Assembly (NCBI GenBank): GCA_965263455.1
Contig: CBDHHN010000004.1
Location: 383,174-447,173 of the forward strand
DNA from: Acidimicrobiales bacterium
GTDB lineage: Bacteria; Actinomycetota; Acidimicrobiia; Acidimicrobiales; SZUA-35
DNA length: 64,000 bases
Direction: 5' to 3'
Below are positions 7,809 to 15,810 of the stretch, in pieces. The number at the start of each line of letters is the position of its first letter. The stretch's first letter is position 1. The notes beneath the pieces were generated by a model. The model did no database searches. It was given only the letters and a program-made list of their open reading frames with translations, and was not told the DNA's origin. A program made the translations under genes and the position numbers.

Positions 7809-8972
7809 CTAACCGTCGGAGCCGGCGCCGGGTCCGAGGGGATCGCCGTCGCCGGGCTCTCCCCCGCCGTCGTCCGCGGCGGCGGCCTCGGCCACCCAGG
7901 GCCCCCACCGGTCGGGGTGGGCTGCGATCCAGTCGGCTGCGGCCTCGTCGATGGTCAGACCCCCGGCCTCCACCGCCACCAGCAACGCCATCTGATCCTC
8001 GGTGGTGAGGGCGAACTGCTGGAGGAAGGCGAGAACCCCGGGCGCCTTGGCCGGCAGGGCGATGGACGAGGCCTTGAACAGCTGGTTGACCGGATAGTCG
8101 CAGTCGACGCCCCGCCCCCCGGCGTCGGCGGCCTCGGCGCACGCATCGGTGCGGGGCGGCAGACCCACCCCGACCAGGTCGTAGCGGGCGACCGCCGCCG
8201 TCGGGGTCCACCAGTACACCAGGATGGGCTCCTCGGCTTCGACGGCGGCGGCCAGGGCCGCCTCGGTGGCCTGCTCCGAGCCGGAGAACTCGACGTCGAA
8301 CGGGAGACCGAGGTTGGCGATGATCTCCGCGTCGTACTGCTCGTAGTCGGGATTGGTCCCCAGGAACCGACCTCGGGGGCGGGTGGCGGGGGTGGCGAAG
8401 CGCTCGGCCACCCCCGGATCGACATAGCCCTCCCAGGTGGCGAGCGCGGGGTCGGCATCGACCACGTAACGGGGGACGAACCACCCGACCTTGCCCACCG
8501 AACCCAGCGGCCCGAGATCGAGGACCTGCTCCCGCTCGAAGAAGCGGCGGTGCTCGTCGGTCATGGCCGAGGGCCAGATCTCGAGGGCGGCGTCGAGGGA
8601 ACCGTCGGCCAAGCCGTCGTACATCTCGTCGGCGTCGTCGAGCCGGACCGGTACCACCGGATGACCCAGATGGCGTTCGATCAGTTGCTCGGCCACCGCC
8701 ACGTTGAGGGCCGACGCCGTCCAGTCGTTGACCACGAGGTTGACGGTCGGTCGGTCGACGAAGCCGGGGCCGGCCACGGTTGCCCCCTCACCGTCCGACC
8801 CGACGTCGTCGCCCCCCTGCTCGGTCGTCGCCCCCGAACAGGCGGCGAAGGCAAGTGCGGCCAGGATCAGCACCAGCGGACCCACGATGGCGGGAGACGC
8901 CGTCCACCGCCCCCAACGGGGGTCGGGGCGGCCGTCGGCGCCGGTACCGAGCTCGTCACCTCCCGTCGACAT
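7809..8972 (-). CDS. glycine betaine/proline betaine-type (OpuAC family) solute-binding lipoprotein, no transporter partner nearby
   Basis: ORF 7809..9158 trimmed to ATG 8972 (MSTGGDEL...). Signal peptide plus lipobox LAALAFAACSG. Shows NDWTASALNVAVAEQLIERHLGHPVVPV...GSLDAALEIWPS and ILVYWWTPTA. Confidence 0.8.
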   Translation of the reverse strand: MSTGGDELGTGADGRPDPRWGRWTASPAIVGPLVLILAALAFAACSGATTEQGGDDVGSDGEGATVAGPGFVDRPTVNLVVNDWTASALNVAVAEQLIERHLGHPVVPVRLDDADEMYDGLADGSLDAALEIWPSAMTDEHRRFFEREQVLDLGPLGSVGKVGWFVPRYVVDADPALATWEGYVDPGVAERFATPATRPRGRFLGTNPDYEQYDAEIIANLGLPFDVEFSGSEQATEAALAAAVEAEEPILVYWWTPTAAVARYDLVGVGLPPRTDACAEAADAGGRGVDCDYPVNQLFKASSIALPAKAPGVLAFLQQFALTTEDQMALLVAVEAGGLTIDEAAADWIAAHPDRWGPWVAEAAAADDGGGEPGDGDPLGPGAGSDG

Positions 8973-8996
8973 CGCCCGCCACGCTAGCGTGGCCGG

Positions 8997-9695
8997 GTGG
9001 ACGGCATTCACGATCTGGGCGGAGTCGAGGGGTACGGGCCGGTGCCCTATGTACCCGAGGAGCGGGCTCGGGTCGGCCAACGGTGGGAAGGGGTGGCGGG
9101 GGCGGCCCTGTTCGCCCTGCTCCGTTCGGGCAAGACCAACCTCGACGCCCACCGGCACCGCATCGAGCGGCTCGATCCCGAACGGTATCTACCCATCACC
9201 TACTGGGGCCGATGGCTGGCCGCGGTCGAGGTGGCGGCGGTGGAGCAACGCATCCTCGAACCGGTCGCCGTCGACGAGCGACTGCGGACCCTGGGCCACC
9301 GACCCGATCACTCCGCCGCCCCACCCCGGCTCCATCCGGTGGCGGCGTTGGAGTCGACGACCAACGAGCCCGGCTTCATCCGGTCGGTCGACGATCCGCC
9401 CCGCTTCGCCGTCGGCGACGCGGTCAGGACCCTCGACCATCCGCCACTGCGGGGCCACACCCGCCTCCCGCGCTACGCACGCGGTCGCCGGGGTCGGATC
9501 GCCCGGGTCTACCCCGCCTTCACCTTCCCCGACACGACGGCCCACGGTCGAGGCGAGGACCCGTGCTACGTCTACGCCGTGGCCTTCGACGCCACCGAGT
9601 TGTGGGGCCCCGACGCCGACCCGGGCCAGCGCTGCCATCTGGACGTGTTCGAGCCCTACCTGCTCCCCACCGCCGCCGAGGAGGCCATCGGATGA
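8997..9695 (+). CDS. nthB: nitrile hydratase beta subunit
   Basis: Starts MDGIHDLGGVEGYGPVPY, the hallmark NHase-beta N-terminus. 232 aa; the stop overlaps the alpha-subunit start (ATGA). Confidence 0.9.
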   Translation: MDGIHDLGGVEGYGPVPYVPEERARVGQRWEGVAGAALFALLRSGKTNLDAHRHRIERLDPERYLPITYWGRWLAAVEVAAVEQRILEPVAVDERLRTLGHRPDHSAAPPRLHPVAALESTTNEPGFIRSVDDPPRFAVGDAVRTLDHPPLRGHTRLPRYARGRRGRIARVYPAFTFPDTTAHGRGEDPCYVYAVAFDATELWGPDADPGQRCHLDVFEPYLLPTAAEEAIG

Positions 9696-10330
9696 CCACT
9701 CCGACCGACGACACCCCGCACGGACACGAACTCCATGGCGAGGACCTGGCCCGGGCCCAGGCGCTTCGGGCCGAGGCACTGGAGATGCTCCTGGTGGAGC
9801 AGGGCATCCTCACCGACACCGAGGTCGACCACTACATCGAGACCTGGAATCACCGGATCGGCCCCATGGAAGGGGCCAGGGTGGTGGCCCGGGCCTGGAC
9901 CGACCCCGACTTCCGGGAACGCCTGGCCCGCGACGCCACCACCGCCGTCACCGAGGTCGGGGTCAACCCGGGTCGCCTGGAGCGGTTGGAGGTGGTGCTG
10001 AACGAGCCCGGCGTGCACAACGTGGTGTGCTGCACCCTATGCTCGTGCTACCCGTGGACCCTGCTCGGCCTGCCCCCGGCCTGGTACAAGTCGCCGGAGT
10101 ACCGCTCGCGGGTCGTCCGGGAACCCCGACGGGTGCTGGCCGAGATGGGCCTCGACCTTCCCGACGGGACCGAGATCAACGTGTGGGACTCCAGCTCCGA
10201 GGTTCGATACCTGGTGGTGCCGGAGCGGCCTGAGGGGACCGACGGCCTCGCGGAGGATGAACTCGTCGCCCTGGTGACCCGGGACGCCATGATCGGGGTC
10301 GCCGTGATCGAGGGTCCGGCGGACCGGTGA
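9692..10330 (+). CDS. nthA: nitrile hydratase alpha subunit, cobalt type
   Basis: In-frame ATG at 9692 inside ORF 8780..10330. Metal-binding claw VVCCTLCSCYPWTLLGLPPAWYKSPEYRSRVVREPR; CTLCSC with Thr indicates the Co type, whereas the Fe type has CSLCSC. Confidence 0.93.
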   Translation: MTTPTDDTPHGHELHGEDLARAQALRAEALEMLLVEQGILTDTEVDHYIETWNHRIGPMEGARVVARAWTDPDFRERLARDATTAVTEVGVNPGRLERLEVVLNEPGVHNVVCCTLCSCYPWTLLGLPPAWYKSPEYRSRVVREPRRVLAEMGLDLPDGTEINVWDSSSEVRYLVVPERPEGTDGLAEDELVALVTRDAMIGVAVIEGPADR

Positions 10331-10800
10331 CTGCGGCCGAGGGCCCGATGCCCTTGCCCGATCCCGACGCCCCGGAGGATCCGACCGGCCTGGCCGGCAC
10401 GGCCGCGCCGCCCCGGGCCAACGGCGAACTCGTCTTCACCGCCCCCTGGCAGTCCCGGCTCTTCGCCACCACCATGGCCCTGCGCGAACGCGACGTCATC
10501 GACGGTGAGCGGTTCCGCCGACGACTGATCCACGAGATCGAGGTCCACACCGCGGCCCTCGCCTCCACCGCCGACTACGACTACTGGGGGTGCTGGCAAC
10601 GGGCCCTGGAGACCGTCCTGGCCACGACCGAGGTCGTGGCGGCGGGCGACGTCGAGCGCCGGACGGCCGATCTCGCGGCCCGGCCGCCCGACCACGACCA
10701 CCACCACGACCACGGCGACCACCACGACCACGGCGACCACCACGACCACCACCACGACCACGGCGACCACCACGGCCACGGCGACCACCACGACCGGTAG
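10327..10800 (+). CDS. nitrile hydratase accessory (activator/metallochaperone) protein with a His/Asp-rich C-terminal tail
   Basis: The GTG start overlaps the alpha-subunit stop (GTGA). ANGELVFTAPWQSRLFATTMALRE...FRRRLIHEI matches the small NHase accessory family. The C-terminus is DHDHHHDHGDHHDHGDHHDHHHDHGDHHGHGDHHDR. Confidence 0.8.
   Translation: MTAAEGPMPLPDPDAPEDPTGLAGTAAPPRANGELVFTAPWQSRLFATTMALRERDVIDGERFRRRLIHEIEVHTAALASTADYDYWGCWQRALETVLATTEVVAAGDVERRTADLAARPPDHDHHHDHGDHHDHGDHHDHHHDHGDHHGHGDHHDR
10691..10794 (+). repeat. imperfect tandem repeat (about 18-bp GACCACCACGACCACGGC units) encoding the His/Asp tail
   Basis: Direct reading. Its reverse complement creates the spurious poly-Val ORF 10048..10791(-). 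Confidence 0.9.
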
Positions 10801-10808
10801 CCGCCGAC

Positions 10809-12041
10809 TCAGGACCGTCCGGCGGTCCGGAGCACGGCGCCGAGCAGCACATCGGCTCCCCGCCCCGCCTGCTCCGGGGTGATGCGCTCGGCCTCATTGT
10901 GACTCAGGCCGTTCTCGCAGGGCACGAAGATCATCGACGTCGGCACGTGCTGGGCCAGGTAGCAGGCGTCGTGCCCCGCCCCCGAGACGATGTCGGCCGA
11001 GGCGAAGCCGAGGTCCCGGACCGCGTCGGTCACCGCGGCCACACAGTCGGGGTCGAAGGTGACCGGTGGCGAGTCGTTCTCGCGCCGCACCGTGGCGCCG
11101 ACCCCGGTCCGCTCGGCCACCTCGGCCACGGTGGCCCGCATCGTGGCCTCCAGCCCATCGAGTACGGCGAGGTCCGGGTGGCGCAGATCGAGGGTGCAGG
11201 CCAGCTCGGCGGGCACGGTGTTGGGCGACACGGGCTGGGAGGCGAACTGGGCGAAGGTGGCCCGGGCCCAGGGTCCGTTGGCCTCGACCGCCCGGTACAC
11301 GCCGTCGATGATGGCGGCGATGGCCCGGGCCGGGTCCCGACGGACCGTCATCGGCGTCGGACCGGCATGGGCCGGAAAGCCGGTGAGCTCCAGGGTGTAC
11401 CAGCGCAGTCCCTGGACTCCGGTGACGACCCCGATGTCGAGGTTCTCCTGTTCGAGGATGGGCCCCTGTTCGATGTGGAGCTCGAACCCGGCGCGGTAGG
11501 GACGGGGCCGGGCCGGACGAGCGCCCCGCCATCCGAGCCGGTCGAGTTCGTGGGCCACCGAGATCCCGTTCAGGTCGGTGAGCGCCAGTGCCTCGTCGAG
11601 GGCCAGGCGCCCGGCCCACACGGCCGAGCCCATCATGGAGTGCTGGAATCGGGAGCCCTCCTCGTTGGTCCAGACCACGAGCTCGATCGGCCGTTCGGTG
11701 CCGATGCCATGGTCGTTCAGGGTCTCGATGACCTCGAGTCCCCCGAGCACGCCGTACACCCCGTCGAATCGGCCGCCGGTTGGTTGGGTATCGAGGTGGC
11801 TCCCGACCACGACGGGATCGAGGTCGGGGTCGGATCCGGGCCGCCGGACGAACAGGTTGCCGATCTCATCGGTCTCGGCCGTGCAGCCCGCGGCCTCAGC
11901 CCAGGCCAGGAACCGGGCCCGCCCGGCGGCGTCGTCGTCGCTGAGGGCCTGACGGTTGCTGCCCCCGGCGGCGGTGGCCCCGACCTCGGCCATCGACAAC
12001 AGCCGGCGCCACAATCGTTCAGGATCGATTCGGGTCTCCAT
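10809..12041 (-). CDS. M20 Zn-dependent amidohydrolase (allantoate amidohydrolase / N-carbamoyl-L-amino-acid hydrolase family)
   Basis: 410 aa. Shows RLWRRLLSMAEVGAT, SNRQALSDDDAAGRARFLAWAEAAG, IGNLFVRRPG and VVVGSHLDTQPTGGRFDGVYGVLGGLEV, typical of the hydantoinase/carbamoylase-type amidase family. Confidence 0.85.
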   Translation of the reverse strand: METRIDPERLWRRLLSMAEVGATAAGGSNRQALSDDDAAGRARFLAWAEAAGCTAETDEIGNLFVRRPGSDPDLDPVVVGSHLDTQPTGGRFDGVYGVLGGLEVIETLNDHGIGTERPIELVVWTNEEGSRFQHSMMGSAVWAGRLALDEALALTDLNGISVAHELDRLGWRGARPARPRPYRAGFELHIEQGPILEQENLDIGVVTGVQGLRWYTLELTGFPAHAGPTPMTVRRDPARAIAAIIDGVYRAVEANGPWARATFAQFASQPVSPNTVPAELACTLDLRHPDLAVLDGLEATMRATVAEVAERTGVGATVRRENDSPPVTFDPDCVAAVTDAVRDLGFASADIVSGAGHDACYLAQHVPTSMIFVPCENGLSHNEAERITPEQAGRGADVLLGAVLRTAGRS

Positions 12042-12146
12042 CGGCGCAGACTACGACACGGCGTCCGACGGTACCGCCGCCGAGGGCCGAGCTCCGGATG
12101 CGGCCGCCGCGCCGCACGTGGCGTGCGGCCGCCGGGCAAGCCGGGC

Positions 12147-13796
12147 TCAGCCGGCCGGCGCGTCGGGGTCGAAGCGCAGACCCCAACACTGGTCGGGGAT
12201 CGACAGCCCGGTCGCGGTGCAGTAGGCCTCGGCCTCGTCCCTCGAGTCGAACCCGTCGACGAAGAGGTTCCAATAGCCGGGAGCGAGGCTGGGGAACCAG
12301 TCGCTCGGCATCAGCTCGAGCTCGGGGTGATTCACCGCGAACTCGTCGAACCGGCGAATGGCCTCGGCCCAACCCTCGGTCTGGATGTCGACCGACGACA
12401 GGTTGGCCCGGTAGGTGACCCCCGAGACCTCGCCTACGGCGTACACGACCACCGGGTCGGTGCTCACGTCGCCGGCGGGGCCGGTGATGGCGACCTCCAG
12501 AAGATGGCGACCGGGCTCGAACACCGTGGGCGGCAGCTCGGCCGCCGGCTCGGCCTGGGGGGCACCGTCGACCAGGAGCTGGTAGAGGGCACCCTCGGGC
12601 CCGCCGTTCACCCCGATCTGGTACTCGGTGCCGGCGGCGATCGGGCCTCCGGCCGCCTCGTCGAACGTGACCGAGGGCGGCTGGGTCGTCACGGGGGCCG
12701 CCACCGTGTCGACCGTGGTGTCGGTGGGCACGGAGGTGGTCACGTCGATCGGGGTCTCGACCTCGGAGCCGGTCGCCTCCTCGTCGCCCCTGGTCAGGAA
12801 GTAGGCGGCGGCGATGCCGGCCAGGATCACCAGACCCAGCCCGAGGCCCAGGAGGACGGCCGACGGCTCCTTGGGCTTACGGCGGCCGCCCGAACGTGGA
12901 CGCTCACCGGGTCGGCCCGGCGGCTTGGGCCCACCGGCCGGTCGAGGGCTGCGAGCCGAGGGGCGCCGCCCGGCGGCCCGAGGGGCGGGGCCGAGGGCGT
13001 CGTCGAGAGGCTCGGCCCGGGCCGCCAGACGGGCGGCCGACGGCTCCTGGCCCGGCCCGCTCAGAGGGGCGAAGGCGGTCTGGGCGTCGAAGGTCGCCGG
13101 GTCGTCGACCAGGGCGACGTCGTCGAAGGCGGCGGGACCGGCTCCCGGACCACGGAGCCCCGCGCCTCCACCGGCTGCCGGGGCGTCGCCGAAGAACATG
13201 GTGCCGTCGTCGTCGACGGGAGCCCGGGTGGCGGCGGCGGCCGCTGCGCTCATGGCCGGGGACAGCGAGGGGGACGGCGGCTGACCACCGGGACCGGCAG
13301 GTCGGCCCGGCATCCCGGGCCCACCGCGGCGTTGTTGGGCGCCCGGGGCGGGACGGCGGCCGCGCTCGGGGCGACGGCCACCGGGGGCCGGTGACGCCAT
13401 CGGCTCCCCTTCGGGGCGCCGACCGGCCGGCGGACGACGTTCGGCGGCCGGTGATTCACCGGTCCGGCGAGGCGGACCGCCCGGACGACGGCCTCGACCC
13501 CGGCCAGGCTCGGCCTGCGGGGCCGACGGCGCCGGAGCGCCGGGACCGGGCGACGGACGATCGCGACGAGGTCGGGCTCCGGTCCGGGCCGGACGATCCT
13601 CGCCCCGGCCCTCTCCCCGACGAGGGGGTTGACCAGGGGGCCGACCGGAGCGGGCCGGGCCCTGCGGGTCGGATCCTTGACGACCCCGGGAGGTCGAGGC
13701 TTGCCCCGGACCCGGGGCATCGGCTGATGGCCTCTGTTCACGCTTCAACGGGACAATCCCCTCTACCAGCTCCGCCAGCTGGTTCGCGGCCCTCAC
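12147..13796 (-). CDS. bitopic membrane protein: long Arg/Gly/Pro-rich disordered cytoplasmic region, one TM helix, extracytoplasmic domain ending in a SPOR-like module
   Basis: GTG start preceded by AGGAG. TM segment AVLLGLGLGLVILAGIAAAYFL. C-terminal YRANLSSV...AEAIRRFDEF...PGYWNLFVDGFDSRDEAEAYCTATGL resembles the SPOR beta-alpha-beta-beta pattern. The competing + strand ORF 10590..13394 is junk. Confidence 0.6.
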   Translation of the reverse strand: MRAANQLAELVEGIVPLKREQRPSADAPGPGQASTSRGRQGSDPQGPARSGRPPGQPPRRGEGRGEDRPARTGARPRRDRPSPGPGAPAPSAPQAEPGRGRGRRPGGPPRRTGESPAAERRPPAGRRPEGEPMASPAPGGRRPERGRRPAPGAQQRRGGPGMPGRPAGPGGQPPSPSLSPAMSAAAAAATRAPVDDDGTMFFGDAPAAGGGAGLRGPGAGPAAFDDVALVDDPATFDAQTAFAPLSGPGQEPSAARLAARAEPLDDALGPAPRAAGRRPSARSPRPAGGPKPPGRPGERPRSGGRRKPKEPSAVLLGLGLGLVILAGIAAAYFLTRGDEEATGSEVETPIDVTTSVPTDTTVDTVAAPVTTQPPSVTFDEAAGGPIAAGTEYQIGVNGGPEGALYQLLVDGAPQAEPAAELPPTVFEPGRHLLEVAITGPAGDVSTDPVVVYAVGEVSGVTYRANLSSVDIQTEGWAEAIRRFDEFAVNHPELELMPSDWFPSLAPGYWNLFVDGFDSRDEAEAYCTATGLSIPDQCWGLRFDPDAPAG

Positions 13797-13956
13797 CAGC
13801 TCCTAGTTTTAGCCGCATTCGCCGCCCGACCCAAGAGTAACATTGCAAAACCGTGACCGACACCTGACGGCGCGGCTACGGGGTGGGCGGCTCCGAGCCA
13901 CCGACCAGGATAGTCCGAGCCTCCTCACGACGCGGCCGAGGGCCGGCGGCCGGTCG

Positions 13957-15051
13957 ATGATCGCCCTGCTCAGCAGCCTCCTGCTGGTCCTCTCGGCCTG
14001 CTCCCGCACGGGTGATCCCACCCAGGGGGCCGCGCCTCCGGCGGCCACGGCGGCCACCTCGACCACGCCCCCCGACCCGTCCCGCCCGGCAGTCGGCGAC
14101 ACCTCGACCGCTTCCACCGAGGACCCGGACCCGACGAGCGCCACGACTGCGGCCGACCCCGATCCCGGCGCGCCGACCGATCACTGCCGGGGACTGGTGG
14201 CGGCCGCCGTCGGCGTCGTGTCGACCGCGGAGTTGACCGAGGTCTCCGGCCTGGCCGCGTCTCAGGCCCATCCCGGCGTGATCTGGGCCCACAACGATTC
14301 CGGTCATGACACCGCCCTCCACGCCCTGGCTCGGGACGGCTCCCCGCAGGGGCGGGTCGCCGTCACCGGAGAGCCGGCCACCGACCCCGAGGACCTGGAC
14401 CTGGTCGGTGGCATGATCCACTTGGCCGACATCGGCGACAACAACGGCAACCGACCCCACGTGGCCGTGCTCCGTTTCCCCGAGCCCGACCCGGGTGCCG
14501 ACCGGACCGAGGCCGTCGACCGCATCGAGTTGCGCTACCCGGACGGGCCCCGCGACGCCGAGGCCCTGGCCGTCGACCCGCTCACGGGCCAGGTCGTGAT
14601 CGTGGCCAAGACGTTGGCCGTCGATCTGGGGGCCGAGAGCCTGGTCGGACCGGGCCCCGCCGGCATCTACGTGGCCGATCTCCCCGTCGGCTCGGGCTCG
14701 GTGGACCTGGTCCGAGCCGGGGAGGTCGCCCTGGACCGACTCGACGAGCTGGACACCGGCGTCGACCCCGAGGGCGTCATCGCCCGTTTCGGGGTGGGTG
14801 GGGTGGCGACCGCCCTCGACATCAGCGCCGACGGTCGGGTGGTGGCGCTGCGGACCTACCGGACGGTGTGGCTGTTCGACCGTCCGCCCGGCCGAACGGT
14901 GGCCGAGGCCCTGGCCGGCGAACCGTGCGAGGCCCCGACCAGGGCCGAGGCCCAGGGCGAGTCGGTTGCCTTCCTCGACGACGGCACCGCCGGGTTCGTC
15001 ACCGTGTCGGAGGGGGCGGGCGCGGCCGTGAACCTGACCTCAGCCGGCTGA
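13957..15051 (+). CDS. secreted lipoprotein, probable beta-propeller-like fold, unknown function
   Basis: ORF 13843..15051 trimmed to MIALLSSLLLVLSACS (lipobox). Conserved-looking motifs LTEVSGLAAS, HPGVIWAHNDSG and IHLADIGDNNGNRPHVAVLRFPEPD. Confidence 0.65.
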   Translation: MIALLSSLLLVLSACSRTGDPTQGAAPPAATAATSTTPPDPSRPAVGDTSTASTEDPDPTSATTAADPDPGAPTDHCRGLVAAAVGVVSTAELTEVSGLAASQAHPGVIWAHNDSGHDTALHALARDGSPQGRVAVTGEPATDPEDLDLVGGMIHLADIGDNNGNRPHVAVLRFPEPDPGADRTEAVDRIELRYPDGPRDAEALAVDPLTGQVVIVAKTLAVDLGAESLVGPGPAGIYVADLPVGSGSVDLVRAGEVALDRLDELDTGVDPEGVIARFGVGGVATALDISADGRVVALRTYRTVWLFDRPPGRTVAEALAGEPCEAPTRAEAQGESVAFLDDGTAGFVTVSEGAGAAVNLTSAG

Positions 15052-15810
15052 GCCGACGGGATCGGCCGCCACCACCGTCACCACCACCTCTCGCCCCATG
15101 CCGGGATGGCGTCGGGTCAGGGACCAGCCCCGGACCGGCCAGTTCACGGCGGCCAGGGCCGGCAGGTCGGTCGCCGGGTCCAGCCGCCACCGGCCGGGCG
15201 CCCCTGCTTCGACCTCGGGACCATCGGCGGCCCCCGTCGACGGGGCGGGCCCGCCGGGCCCGATCTCCACGTCGTGGAAGCCGACCCACGCCCCGGTGAG
15301 GGGGAACTGGGCCTTGTAGTAGCACTCCTTCAGGCCGAACAGGGCGGTGGCGACCTCGCCCTCGACGGCCTGATCGGCCCCGAACCGCTCGGCCAGCCAC
15401 CGCTGCTCGCCCGAGGTGAACAGCCGCCGGTACAGATCCGGCCGGACCCGGCCCGGTTGTTCGGCGTCGACGCCCGGCGACGGCGAACCCGACCGCTCGG
15501 CCACCACCGCCACCGCGTAGTCCTCGGTGTGGGACAAGGAGCCCCTGACATCGGGCGGCCAATCGGGGGACCGCCCATCGGCTCGACGCCCCAGCGGTCG
15601 CGGCGTCCGCCCGAGGGCGGCCAGGGCGGCGGCGGCGCAATGGCGACCGGCGGCGAACTGGGCCCGCCGGCCGGGGACGGCGTCGACCACGAGGGCCCGC
15701 TCACCCGGGCTCAGCGCCTCGGGGTCGCCGGGGCCCCACCACTCGACGGCGGCCACGGCCCCCGGACGACCGAACAGTCCCTCGATTTCGGGCACTCGCC
15801 GGGCGGTCAC
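15040..15810 (-). CDS. 4'-phosphopantetheinyl transferase (EntD/PptT-like)
   Basis: C-terminal part of ORF 15040..16761. Shows FAAGRHCAAAAL, DVRGSLSHTEDYAVAVVA, GVDAEQ and FGLKECYYKAQFPL. The GTG at 15810 overlaps the stop of the upstream methyltransferase (GTGA); an alternative GTG at 15795 is possible. Confidence 0.75.
   Translation of the reverse strand: MTARRVPEIEGLFGRPGAVAAVEWWGPGDPEALSPGERALVVDAVPGRRAQFAAGRHCAAAALAALGRTPRPLGRRADGRSPDWPPDVRGSLSHTEDYAVAVVAERSGSPSPGVDAEQPGRVRPDLYRRLFTSGEQRWLAERFGADQAVEGEVATALFGLKECYYKAQFPLTGAWVGFHDVEIGPGGPAPSTGAADGPEVEAGAPGRWRLDPATDLPALAAVNWPVRGWSLTRRHPGMGREVVVTVVAADPVGSAG

Noticed and set aside
10048-10791. Minus-strand ORF starting with a striking poly-Val/Ala run (VVAVAVVVAVVVVVVVVVAVVVV...).
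   Set aside because: It is simply the reverse complement of the His/Asp-encoding repeat of the nitrile hydratase accessory gene. The rest of the ORF is antisense to nthA and the accessory gene.
10590-13394. 934-aa + strand ORF. Other very long ORFs of the same kind include 33781..36933(+), 41890..45027(+), 57579..60626(-), 6000..7739(-), 1805..3427(-), 15040..16761 (upstream two-thirds), 46645..48333(-), 48933..50675(+) and 24458..26224(-).
   Set aside because: They are Arg/Gly/Pro/His-rich low-information translations lying antisense or out of frame to genes with unmistakable conserved motifs (amidase, SecA, helicase, ACAD, FtsH and others). Stop-free antisense frames are expected at this GC content.
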